From an uncultured Solirubrobacteraceae bacterium (GTDB lineage: Bacteria > Actinomycetota > Thermoleophilia > Solirubrobacterales > Solirubrobacteraceae): DNA of 64,000 bases. A model generated the notes under the pieces. That model was not told the DNA's origin. It did not search any database and saw only the letters and a program-made list of their open reading frames with translations. The position numbers and the translations under genes were made by a program. Within the stretch, counting starts at the first letter, position 1; each line of letters starts with the position of its first letter. Below, piece by piece: positions 47,188 to 56,175 of the stretch. The stretch is taken from NCBI GenBank assembly GCA_963712675.1, contig CAVQJF010000021.1, forward strand, positions 319,114 through 383,113, given 5' to 3'.

Positions 47188-48605
47188 CGGACGCTCCGCC
47201 TCGGAAGCAACCCGCGCACAAGTGGTACGAGCGATCCCGGGAGCCCAGGAGTGGCGGCCTCCAGAACACACGCGACGGGCTGGCGATGGCAGAGGCCACC
47301 AAGCGCACTCGAGAGCATCAGCTGGAGCTGGGAGCGGCCGTCCTTGCCGGGCCTGGCGGCGCTGGGCGACAGCCCGAGGTCCTGTGCGCGGGGCGCCTCG
47401 ATCCCGATGAACTTGACCCGACCGAGCGGGCCGTACGTGTCCTGGGTCGAGAGCACGCCGCTGATCACGTCCGAGAAGTGCGAGATCGGCTGCTCGTGGT
47501 CGACCAGCGTCTGCATGATCTCGGTCAGGTCCTGGTAGCCGGTGATCGCAGGGCCGATCCCGCTGCCCAGCCCGCCCGCAAGGCGCTCGAGCTCGCGGCT
47601 CGGGGTCAGCGTGCGATCGACGAGCGAGCCGGCGGCGGCGAGGAACCGGTACAGGCCCGGGATCGCACGGCGCGCCGCTCGCAGTCCGGTCGTGAACGCC
47701 GAAGCCGCCGGCGCCAGTCGCGCGAGCGCCTGCTCCACGTCGGGAGCTGCGCCCGCGATCGCGCCGCTCGTCGCTTGGCCCTGCGCGAGGACCGACGGGA
47801 GCTCGCGCGTGGCCAGCTGGAGCTCGTGGGTCCGCGAGGCCGTGACGGACAACAGTCGCGTGGCGGCTCCGACGACCGACGCGAGCTCGGCGTGGCGCCT
47901 GCCGAGTGTCCTGAAGATCGCGTTCGACTGGCCGACCAGCTCCGAGATCAGGTGGTCGCGTTGCGCGAGCATCGCGCCGATCTGGCGCGCCGAGTCGGAC
48001 AGCGGCGCGAGCTTGCTGAGCGCGCCGGCGAGCTCGCCGCCGGTGCCGTGCAGCGCGACCGCCGCCTGCTCGGTGAGGATCTGGAGGTACGCGCGGGTAT
48101 CCGCGTTGAGGACGCTCAGCACCTGGTCGGTCGCGACCGGGATCGACGTCCGGCTCGCGTCGATCGTCGCGCCGGCTGCGAGCGCCCCGGTCGCCGGCGT
48201 GCCCGGGAGGATGTCGACCTCGAGGAAATTGGCGCCGTTGAACGGCCGCACGCGGACGCTCGCGTCGTTGAACACCTTGCCGCGCGCGTCCGAGGAGAGG
48301 CTCATCGTCACGAGCGCCCGCCCGCTGACGTACCGCACCGCGGTCACCTGCCCGTCGGGGACGCCCGCCACCGACACCTGCGGGCCGTTCCCCGGATCGA
48401 GGCCGGCGGCGTCATTGAACTGCGCATGGATCACGTACGGGTGGTCGACGAACGGCAACGAGACGCCCATCGAGCGGAGCGTGAACACGACGAACAGTGC
48501 CACGAACACGAACATCGAGGCGATCGCGAGGCGGCCGAGAGGGATCGCGCGCGCGGTCCGCTTCGGGGCGAGGAGCTCGCGCAGAAAACGGGCTAGCGAC
48601 CTCAC
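47184..48605 (-). CDS. MCE/MlaD family protein (5th)
   Basis: FNDAAGL..VSVAGVPDGQV; GTGA overlap. Confidence 0.88.
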   Translation of the reverse strand: MRSLARFLRELLAPKRTARAIPLGRLAIASMFVFVALFVVFTLRSMGVSLPFVDHPYVIHAQFNDAAGLDPGNGPQVSVAGVPDGQVTAVRYVSGRALVTMSLSSDARGKVFNDASVRVRPFNGANFLEVDILPGTPATGALAAGATIDASRTSIPVATDQVLSVLNADTRAYLQILTEQAAVALHGTGGELAGALSKLAPLSDSARQIGAMLAQRDHLISELVGQSNAIFRTLGRRHAELASVVGAATRLLSVTASRTHELQLATRELPSVLAQGQATSGAIAGAAPDVEQALARLAPAASAFTTGLRAARRAIPGLYRFLAAAGSLVDRTLTPSRELERLAGGLGSGIGPAITGYQDLTEIMQTLVDHEQPISHFSDVISGVLSTQDTYGPLGRVKFIGIEAPRAQDLGLSPSAARPGKDGRSQLQLMLSSALGGLCHRQPVACVLEAATPGLPGSLVPLVRGLLPRRSVR

Positions 48606-49915
48606 GGCGACCCCGAGCAGAGCCCGAGTTCGGAGACCAGCGACACCGCCGCGGGGTTGAAGCTCGCGATCGCCGAGCACGGGATCGGTGAGTTCAGCGC
48701 GCCGAGCGGCAGCGTGAACGGCCCCTGCAGCGTGCCTCGGAGCGCGTGGCCGGTCGCGCCCCCGACGAGCCGCTGGTTCGGCACCACGAAGTCCGACAGC
48801 GCCCCGGTGAATCCGGTCGTCGCCGCCATCAGCTGCAGGTAGACGGGCAGCCCGAGCGCCCCGCGCGAGTTGAGGAACGGGATCAGCGAGCCGTTGAGCA
48901 GCTTCGCCGCGGGGGCGAGCGTCGCGAACAAGCGGCCGAGCGCCGGGCTCGCCTTTGCGAGTCGCGTGAGCGTCACGGCGAACGAGGCGATCACCGGCGG
49001 CAGCGCCTTCAGGGTCGGATCCGCGCGATCTAACAGCCCAATCAGCGGGCCCGTCGTCGGCGCGATCGCGTCCAGCGTCGGTGTCAGCGCCCGCGCGGTC
49101 GACCGCGCGCGGTGAAGGAGCGCGACGAGGTCGTTGCCGGCGCTCGTGGCGGCCGCGAGCGTGCCCGGCAGGACCCTGAGCGTGTGGTCGAACGGCGCGG
49201 CGTCGTCGACCGCGATCGCGTCGAGCGTGCGGCTCGCGTCGTGGACGACGCTCTGCAGCTCGTGGTCCTGACCGGCGAGCGCGTCGACAGTCGCCGCCGC
49301 CGAGGGGATCAGCGAGCGGAGCTCGGTGTGATGGGGACCGCGCAGCGCCGGTGCGACCAGCGTCGTGTCGCGCAGCAGCACCGGGGCGTTGCGGATCGCC
49401 GTTGAGAGGCCGATCTGGCCCGGCCGCTCGAGCGCCCGCGAAAGTTGCGCGACGATCACCTGGAAGCTGTGCCTGACGGGCGCCGTGAACGTCGACAGCA
49501 CATCGCCGGCGGACACGAACACGCTCGTGTGATCGATCGGGATCGGCGCACTGCCAAGCGGCCCCGCGGCCGCCGTCCCGGGGTAGAGATCGACGAACGT
49601 CGTGCCCTCGAACGGTGTGTGCGGGCGCAGCGCCGCGGTCGCGTCCCGGTAGATCGGGATCCGCTGGTGCAGGATCAGGTCGACCTCGGCGTGGTTGCCG
49701 ATCCGGCGGACCGCCCCGATCGTGCCAACGTTGACGCCGGCGACGCGGACGTCGCGCTGCACGAGCGCGATCGACTGCACGTGGTCGAACGTCACGTGCA
49801 CGACCTGGTTCGTTGCGAACGGGTTCGGCTTGACGATCCCGAGCCAGGCGCCGCCTGCGACGACGACGACGACGGCTACGCCGAGCAAGCGCGTGCGGGC
49901 TCGAGCGCTCAGCAT
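48602..49915 (-). CDS. MCE/MlaD family protein (4th)
   Basis: DVRVAGVNVGTI MCE motif. Confidence 0.88.
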   Translation of the reverse strand: MLSARARTRLLGVAVVVVVAGGAWLGIVKPNPFATNQVVHVTFDHVQSIALVQRDVRVAGVNVGTIGAVRRIGNHAEVDLILHQRIPIYRDATAALRPHTPFEGTTFVDLYPGTAAAGPLGSAPIPIDHTSVFVSAGDVLSTFTAPVRHSFQVIVAQLSRALERPGQIGLSTAIRNAPVLLRDTTLVAPALRGPHHTELRSLIPSAAATVDALAGQDHELQSVVHDASRTLDAIAVDDAAPFDHTLRVLPGTLAAATSAGNDLVALLHRARSTARALTPTLDAIAPTTGPLIGLLDRADPTLKALPPVIASFAVTLTRLAKASPALGRLFATLAPAAKLLNGSLIPFLNSRGALGLPVYLQLMAATTGFTGALSDFVVPNQRLVGGATGHALRGTLQGPFTLPLGALNSPIPCSAIASFNPAAVSLVSELGLCSGSP

Positions 49916-51189
49916 AGGAGCTGTTTGCGGTCGCGCCCGGCCTGGCCGGGCTTCGGGTATGGGTCACGGCCGCCGGAGCAGCCGAGCGTGCCGGTGATGC
50001 GGATCGCCGGCTTGCCGTTGTACGTGTAGCTCGTGACCTTCGACAGCTGGCGGGCGAAGATCGTGAGCTCGGCCCCGTACGCGTGGATCGCCGCGTCGAA
50101 GGTCGTGCCGTAGCTGATCAGCAGCGGCAGCGACTCCGCGGGATCGCGCAGCGAGTCGAGCACGGGGATCAGGCCGCGGAGCACAGCCGGTGCGTACCGG
50201 TTGAAGCGCCGCGTCGCGTCGACGAGCGTCGGGCCGGACCGGAAGAGCGCGATGAAGTCGGGATCCTCCGCCGCGATCTGGACAGCGAGCGGCTCGAACG
50301 CGCGGCTCGCCTTGGTCGCCGCCGTGATCGCTTCATCCGCGAGCGGCGCCGTCTCGAGCAGCTGCTGCTCGGCGCCGGAGAAGCGCCCGATCGCCGTGGC
50401 CGCGCGGTCGTTCTGGGCCAGCGTCTGCCAGAACGTCGCGGCGGCCGTCGTGCCGGCGGCCACGTCGTCGGGACGGCGGCCGAGGAGCGCGCCGGAGACC
50501 GTCGCGCCGCTCGCGATCAGCCGCCCCAGCGTGCCCCTGATCGGGGTCAGCAGCGCCCGCAGCAGCGGCGTCCCCTGCTCGTAGTCGATCCGCTCCTCAG
50601 CGATCGCCTGGTTGGTCTGCTCGCCGCGGCCGACCCAGCCCTCGCCGATCACCGTGGTGTTGCGCGCCAGCGCGCGCCGCGTGGCGGCGTCGAATGTCTC
50701 GAGCGCTTGGGGCAGCGACGAGCTCAGGGCGACCCGGCTCTCCGGGATCACGGTCCCCGCTGGCAGGGGATGGCGGTAGTCGCCGGGGTTGACGACCAGG
50801 TAGACGAGCGTCGTGCCGAGCAGCACGCCGACGTGGATCGAGGCGCCGCGGCCGAGCGGGGCGTACTGCGAATCGAGATTGGCGTTGACGCGCAGCGTCG
50901 TCCGTCCCGGCTCGACGCTAGTCACGCTGCCGGCGATCTTGCCGGCGACACGAATCTGAGCGCCGGTCGCGAGCGGCGGCGTTGTACCCGGGAGGATGAC
51001 GGTGAAGGGGTAGTGGCCCTGGAACGGGACGCCATTGGTCGAGAGCCAGGCGAAGATCACGATCACGCCGCCGACGGCGGCGACCCCGAGCCCGAGCGCG
51101 AGCGTCCGCCGCTCGAGCGCCGCGACGCCGCGCAGCAGCCGGCCGCGGAAGCGGAGTCGTCGGGAGTGCGGCGTTCGGGTACCGGTCAT
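49909..51189 (-). CDS. MCE/MlaD family protein (3rd)
   Basis: GAQIRVAGKIAGSV MCE motif; ATGA overlap. Confidence 0.86.
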   Translation of the reverse strand: MTGTRTPHSRRLRFRGRLLRGVAALERRTLALGLGVAAVGGVIVIFAWLSTNGVPFQGHYPFTVILPGTTPPLATGAQIRVAGKIAGSVTSVEPGRTTLRVNANLDSQYAPLGRGASIHVGVLLGTTLVYLVVNPGDYRHPLPAGTVIPESRVALSSSLPQALETFDAATRRALARNTTVIGEGWVGRGEQTNQAIAEERIDYEQGTPLLRALLTPIRGTLGRLIASGATVSGALLGRRPDDVAAGTTAAATFWQTLAQNDRAATAIGRFSGAEQQLLETAPLADEAITAATKASRAFEPLAVQIAAEDPDFIALFRSGPTLVDATRRFNRYAPAVLRGLIPVLDSLRDPAESLPLLISYGTTFDAAIHAYGAELTIFARQLSKVTSYTYNGKPAIRITGTLGCSGGRDPYPKPGQAGRDRKQLLC

Positions 51190-52682
51190 TTGCCGAGCAG
51201 GAAGCGGAGCAGCGACGGGAGGGAGGGGATCGGCGACGAAGGCGGGGCGGGCGGCGGCGTCGACGCCGTCGTGGTCGTGGACACCGGGGGGGCGGCGGTG
51301 GCCGGCGTTGCGGGGGCTGTCGGAGTGGCGGACGCGGCGCTGCGCCGGCCGGGCGCGGGTCTTGTCCGCGACGACTTGGGAGCCGCGTGCGGGTGGGCGA
51401 AGCTCTTGCCGTAGGTCGCGAGAATGTTGGTCAGGCAGCCGGGTGCGACGGGCACGCCGAACAGCTCGCAGCTGATCACGAGGTAGGCCGAGAGATAGTC
51501 GCGCGCCGGGTCGACGTTCGGGGCGGTGATGTCGTTGCCGGGGAGCACGGTGCCGCCGAGCCCGCCGCCGTTGGTAGAGCCGAACAGGCCGTCCGACAGC
51601 TGTCGGAGGATCGGCTGGAGCGCGGAGAACAGGCCGCTCGTCGGGTTGAGCAGGCTCGCGAACGTCGTGCGCGAGAGCGCTGCGAGCGCCGGCGCGCTGT
51701 GCCTGAGCGCCGTGCCGGCGAGCTCCACGGTCGGCGACGCGAGCCTCGCCGCCTGCGACAGCGCGTTGGCGTAGGGACCGACGAGTCCGGCCGCGCGCTG
51801 AAAGCCCGGGGCGCCGGCAATGATCGTCTGCGAGAGCGGCTCGAGCGCGCTCGTCAGCGCCCGCACCCGGCGGAGCGTCGCTCCGGTCGCCGACAGCGTG
51901 GCCGGCAGCCGTGCGAGGCCCGAGTCGAGCTGTGCGGACTGGCCCGCGACCCCGGTGATCGTGCGCTCGAGGCCGACGACGAGGCGATCGAGGTCGCCGG
52001 TCCGCGAGGCGAGCTGGCCCGTCAACGAGTGGGAGTTCGACAGCACCTGTTTCAGCGAGCCGATCTGGCTCCGGAGCTCGGAGAAGACCTCGCCCAGGGC
52101 CTCGAATCCCGGTCGGAGCTTGAGGATCGCGGCGTTGACATCGACGCCGCGGTTCTCCATCGCCGTCCCGAGCTCGACGATGAACGCCTTCAATGCCGCC
52201 CGGACGGGCTTCTGGAAGATGTCGAGGAAGTCGTCGAGCCTCGGCTCCTGGATCGAGCGCGGCTCGGCGATCGGGCCGGTCAGCGGCTTCGAGGACGAGC
52301 CGAGCTCGAGCGACAGGTCGGTGTCGCCGAGCAGGTCGTCCTGGCGGATCGCGACGGTCGCGTCGGCCCGTGGCTGCGGCACTCCGGGGTCGAGCTGGAA
52401 CATGACTTCGGCTGTGCCCTGCCTGGTCAGCGCGACTTTGCGCACCGACCCCGCGACCGCGCCCGAGACACGAACGTCCATGCCGGCCACGAGCGGCCAC
52501 GCGTCTGCGAACTCGGCCCGGTACTCGGGCCCTCTGTCGAGCAGTCCGTAGTGGAGCAACGCGTAGCCGCCGACCGACACGACCAGGATTCCCGCGAGCA
52601 GCAGCGCCGACAGGCGGGCAATGACGGTGTGCGTTGAGCCGCTGAGCAGGGTCTGCGCGCGCCGGGTGAAGCCGGAGGTCAC
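51186..52682 (-). CDS. MCE/MlaD family protein (2nd), Pro/Ala/Thr-rich C-terminus
   Basis: GMDVRVSGAVAGSV MCE motif. Confidence 0.88.
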   Translation of the reverse strand: MTSGFTRRAQTLLSGSTHTVIARLSALLLAGILVVSVGGYALLHYGLLDRGPEYRAEFADAWPLVAGMDVRVSGAVAGSVRKVALTRQGTAEVMFQLDPGVPQPRADATVAIRQDDLLGDTDLSLELGSSSKPLTGPIAEPRSIQEPRLDDFLDIFQKPVRAALKAFIVELGTAMENRGVDVNAAILKLRPGFEALGEVFSELRSQIGSLKQVLSNSHSLTGQLASRTGDLDRLVVGLERTITGVAGQSAQLDSGLARLPATLSATGATLRRVRALTSALEPLSQTIIAGAPGFQRAAGLVGPYANALSQAARLASPTVELAGTALRHSAPALAALSRTTFASLLNPTSGLFSALQPILRQLSDGLFGSTNGGGLGGTVLPGNDITAPNVDPARDYLSAYLVISCELFGVPVAPGCLTNILATYGKSFAHPHAAPKSSRTRPAPGRRSAASATPTAPATPATAAPPVSTTTTASTPPPAPPSSPIPSLPSLLRFLLGK

Positions 52683-53998
52683 GGAAACTCCCCTGGGAAC
52701 GGAGCCTGCTGGGCCGCGGTCAGGTAGCTCGTGGCGGCCTTACCGCCGCCCACGAACGTCTTTGAGTAGTCGAGCCACGGGTCGCACGCCAGCTGGCCGG
52801 GCACGCGATCGAACGGCCGCAGCAGCCAGCCGGCGGCGCAACTAGGCGACTTGACCGGTGTCTGCGGCGCCGGGCGCGGGAACGCGAGCACAAGCCATCC
52901 GTGTCCGTTCGCGTTGTAGTTAGCGGACGCGTCGCCGAGCAGCGGGATCCAACCGAGGACATCGGGCGCCCGTGCCCGCAGCTGGTCGAACACCGGGTTG
53001 ATGCCTGCGAGGCCCCCGTTGAGCTGCTCGAGCGTGGTCGGGAGCGGCGGGCCGAGCAGCGTCGCGATCGGCTTCGAATGCCGGCGGAACGCGGCGACGA
53101 GGCTGAGCGCGGCGCGGAACACGGGCAGCGTCAGGGGGGCGGTCGTGCGCAGGGCGGCGGCGAACGGGTCGATCGCGGCGAGCGCCGGCCGGGCGGCGTT
53201 GATCAGCTCGCTGAAGTCGGGGATCGACTGATCGAACGTGGTCAACGCCGCGCGCGTCGCGCCGAACGCCGCCGGCAGGCGCTGGAGGCTGTCGCTCAGC
53301 TGCGCCTGGCGGCCGGCGGCTACGTCGAGCAGTCGCCCGAGCTTGTCGACGGTGTCCTTGACGTCCGCCGGCTCGGATGCGACCGCCTGTGCGCCGGCGG
53401 CCGCTCTGTCGACCAGCGTCCGCAGCGCGGTCCCGTCCGAGGAGACGTCCTTGAAAAGGTTCGCGGTCTGGTTGAACGCGTCGCCGCTGTAGCGGAGCGC
53501 CTGCTCGATGTCCGGCCCACGCCCTGTCAGCGTGTAGACCGTCTCGTGCAGCAGCTGGCGGAGCTCGGTGCGCACCTTCGGCGTCAGAACCGACAGGAAC
53601 TGGTCGATCTCGACCGGCCCGTCGGTGTGGCTGAGCGGGATCGTGGCGCCGTCCGGGAGCGGCGGACCGGTTCCGTTGCTCAGCGCGATGTAGCGATTGA
53701 GCTGCCCGGCGAGCGAGCCGAGCTCGATCACGGCGTGCGCGCCCTGGCGCAGGCGGTAGGAGTCCGCCACCTGCATCGTCACCCGCGGGTACTGCCCCAT
53801 CTTCACCGAGATGCCGGTGATCGAGCCGACATTGAAGCCGGCGACCTCGACGTTGCCGGTCGTGACGAGGCCGTTGACGTTCCCGAACACCGCGTGGACC
53901 GTGTACGTCGGCCCGCCGCCGGTCGCGAGGAACGCGATCGCGATCGCCACGGCGAGCGCGGCGAACGCGGCCGCCGCTTGTCGGCGCGGCGTGCTCAC
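52679..53998 (-). CDS. MCE/MlaD family protein (1st)
   Basis: NGLVTTGNVEVAGFNVGSI MCE motif; GTGA overlap. Confidence 0.88.
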   Translation of the reverse strand: MSTPRRQAAAAFAALAVAIAIAFLATGGGPTYTVHAVFGNVNGLVTTGNVEVAGFNVGSITGISVKMGQYPRVTMQVADSYRLRQGAHAVIELGSLAGQLNRYIALSNGTGPPLPDGATIPLSHTDGPVEIDQFLSVLTPKVRTELRQLLHETVYTLTGRGPDIEQALRYSGDAFNQTANLFKDVSSDGTALRTLVDRAAAGAQAVASEPADVKDTVDKLGRLLDVAAGRQAQLSDSLQRLPAAFGATRAALTTFDQSIPDFSELINAARPALAAIDPFAAALRTTAPLTLPVFRAALSLVAAFRRHSKPIATLLGPPLPTTLEQLNGGLAGINPVFDQLRARAPDVLGWIPLLGDASANYNANGHGWLVLAFPRPAPQTPVKSPSCAAGWLLRPFDRVPGQLACDPWLDYSKTFVGGGKAATSYLTAAQQAPFPGEFP

Positions 53999-54771
53999 GC
54001 GATCGGGAACGGGGGCTTGAAGCCCCACAGGATCAGGCTCGTGATGCCGTTCATGAGCGCGATCAGGACGAGGTTGACGCGCATCGAACGCGCCGCAGCC
54101 TCGCCGACCTCGACCGGCCCGCCGCGGACGCGGTAGCCGTAGAACAGCGCCGTCGCGAGCACGACCATGAAGATCACGACGCCCTTGACCAGCGAGTACA
54201 CGAGGTCGATCGGGTGAAAGCCGATGAAGAACGCGACCCGGTAGGTGCCCGTCGAGACCGCGTGGAAGCGGACCAGGGACGTGAGCCACGCGCCGAACTG
54301 GGCGGCCGCGACGCTCGCCAGGTATACGGGCGGAATCACGATCGAGGCGGCGACCAGCCGTGTGCTGACCAGATAGGCCATCGAGCTGATGCCCATGACC
54401 TCGATCGCGTCGACCTCCTCGTTGACGCGCATCGCGCCGAGCTCGGCGACCATCCCGCAGCCGACCTTGGCGGCGAGGATCATCCCGAACAGGACCGGGA
54501 CGATGTCGCGCACGGTGCAGACCGCCGCGAAGAACGGCGCCGCGATCCCGGCGCCGATCTGCTGGCCAACGAACGACGCCTCGACGCCGCACGAGCCGCC
54601 GATCAGGAACGTCACGAACACGATCACCAGCGTCGAGCCGGTGGCGATGATCGCCGCCTGCCTGAGGACCTCGGAGGCGAGCGGTCCAAGGCGGCGGATG
54701 CCCTTTACAGCTCGGCTCATGAACTGCGCCCACTCCCCGAGCGCCAGCAGCGGGTCAGTCCGGTCATTCAT
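53995..54771 (-). CDS. MlaE/YrbE-type ABC permease (B subunit)
   Basis: AELGAMRVNEEVDAIEVMGI, GGPVEVGEA. Confidence 0.92.
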   Translation of the reverse strand: MNDRTDPLLALGEWAQFMSRAVKGIRRLGPLASEVLRQAAIIATGSTLVIVFVTFLIGGSCGVEASFVGQQIGAGIAAPFFAAVCTVRDIVPVLFGMILAAKVGCGMVAELGAMRVNEEVDAIEVMGISSMAYLVSTRLVAASIVIPPVYLASVAAAQFGAWLTSLVRFHAVSTGTYRVAFFIGFHPIDLVYSLVKGVVIFMVVLATALFYGYRVRGGPVEVGEAAARSMRVNLVLIALMNGITSLILWGFKPPFPIA

Positions 54772-55664
54772 CGCAGCACCAGCGAGTCCGGGTACAGCGC
54801 CAGGAACAGCGTCGTGAACAGCAGCCCGACCGCGCCGACCCCGACCAGGCAGGCGACCACCGACTCGTTGACCGCGCGGCCGACCCCCTCGGCGCCGCCG
54901 GACACCGACAGGCCCTTGTAACAGGCGATGATCCCGATCATGAAGCCGAAGATCAGCGTCTTGATCTCGCTCCCCCACAGATCGACATAGCTCGTGTTCG
55001 CGAGCGCCTGGTGGATGAAACTGCCCGACGTCCCGCCGAGCAGGCCGACGGCGCCGGCGTACGCGCCGAGCACGCCGGCGACGAGGCCGAGCATGTTCAG
55101 TACCAACATCACCGTCGTCAGCGCGACGATCCGCGGCAGCACCAGGTTGCGGATCGGGTCAATGCCCATCACCCGCAGCGCCTCGATCTCCTCGCGAATC
55201 ACGCGTGCGCCGAACTCGGCGGTGATCGTCGTCCCGATCGTGCCCGCCATCACGGCGCCCGAGATGATCGGCCCGCCCTCACGCAGCAGCGCCACGGGGA
55301 CGAACGCGCCGACGCGGTCGACGGCGCCGAACGCCTCGAGCGCGGCGCCGCCCGAAACACCGGCCCCCGCGAAGCCGACCAGGAAGTTGATCAGCAGCAC
55401 GGGCGTGATCGCGAGCCAGAACACGTTCGCGCACTGGACCGTCGCCTCGCGGCGCCACGACATCCCCGGCGTGACGAGCTCGATCAGGCATCGGATCGCG
55501 AGCGCGGCCATCTGGCCGGCGCGGTCGATCCACAGCAGCGGCGGAACCTGCCGCAGGTCGACCCGTCGCGTCGGCTGCGCGGCGGGGTCGCGTGTCGGCT
55601 GCGCTGCGGGGTCGCGCGTCGGCTGCGCGGCGGCGTCTCGCGCCGCCGGTCGGGCGAAGCTCAA
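54768..55664 (-). CDS. MlaE/YrbE-type ABC permease (A subunit)
   Basis: TAEFGARVIREEIEALRVMGIDP, GGAEGVGRAVN; TTG start after AAGGAGAGG RBS. Confidence 0.92.
   Translation of the reverse strand: MSFARPAARDAAAQPTRDPAAQPTRDPAAQPTRRVDLRQVPPLLWIDRAGQMAALAIRCLIELVTPGMSWRREATVQCANVFWLAITPVLLINFLVGFAGAGVSGGAALEAFGAVDRVGAFVPVALLREGGPIISGAVMAGTIGTTITAEFGARVIREEIEALRVMGIDPIRNLVLPRIVALTTVMLVLNMLGLVAGVLGAYAGAVGLLGGTSGSFIHQALANTSYVDLWGSEIKTLIFGFMIGIIACYKGLSVSGGAEGVGRAVNESVVACLVGVGAVGLLFTTLFLALYPDSLVLR
55570..55641. repeat. 24-bp tandem repeat x3 encoding AAQPTRDP-like repeats in the permease N-terminus
   Basis: GTCGGCTGCGCGGCGGGGTCGCGT-like units starting at 55570, 55594 and 55618. Confidence 0.85.
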
Positions 55665-55733
55665 ACCTCTCCTTTCCCTGGCGGCGGCCGCAAATCGGGG
55701 GCAGACGGCCACGCCTCCGCGCGTCAGACTAGC

Positions 55734-55751
55734 AGAATGATACGTCACTCC
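55734..55751. promoter_or_regulatory. 18-bp operator G upstream of the mce operon
   Basis: AGAATGATACGTCACTCC; contains TATCAT on the minus strand. Confidence 0.85.
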
Positions 55752-55836
55752 GCAAGGTGGTGGGGTGGGGTCGGGGTGCCCGAGTGCGGCGCCGGCGTGG
55801 GCCCTTTTCTGTGAGGTTGGAGACAACTGCGAAGCG

Positions 55837-56170
55837 TGAAAAACGGCGCAGTGAACAAGGCGGCGGAGCTGGGGCGCTGGGCGGACCGACGGGAGTGGGC
55901 CGTTATCAAAAGGTGATAACGGCGTGGGCCTGAATGGCGGCTCCGAGCGACTGCGAATCGTCGCTCTCCCGCCCAAAAGCCCCTCCGTTCCCCCGAAAGC
56001 CGATGCACCGTAAATCGAACCGAAAGAAACCTCCGCTATGCGGAGAGAACGTTGGTTCCGTCCCCGAAACCCGCCCCGGCCAGGTTGATCGGCGTTATCA
56101 CTTTCTGATACCGCCCCAGAGCCATCAACCCCCACCCGAAGCCCGACCCTTTTCACTGCCGCAGTTTTTA
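55837..56170. mobile_element. MITE/REP-like element copy 2 (about 335 bp)
   Basis: Left TGAAAAACGGCGCAGTGAACAAGG; right end revcomp TAAAAACTGCGGCAGTGAAAAGGG; inner hairpins GCCGTTATCA..TGATAACGGC, CTCCGC-TAT-GCGGAG and GGCGTTATCA..TGATACCGCC. Confidence 0.65.
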
Positions 56171-56175
56171 CGAAG

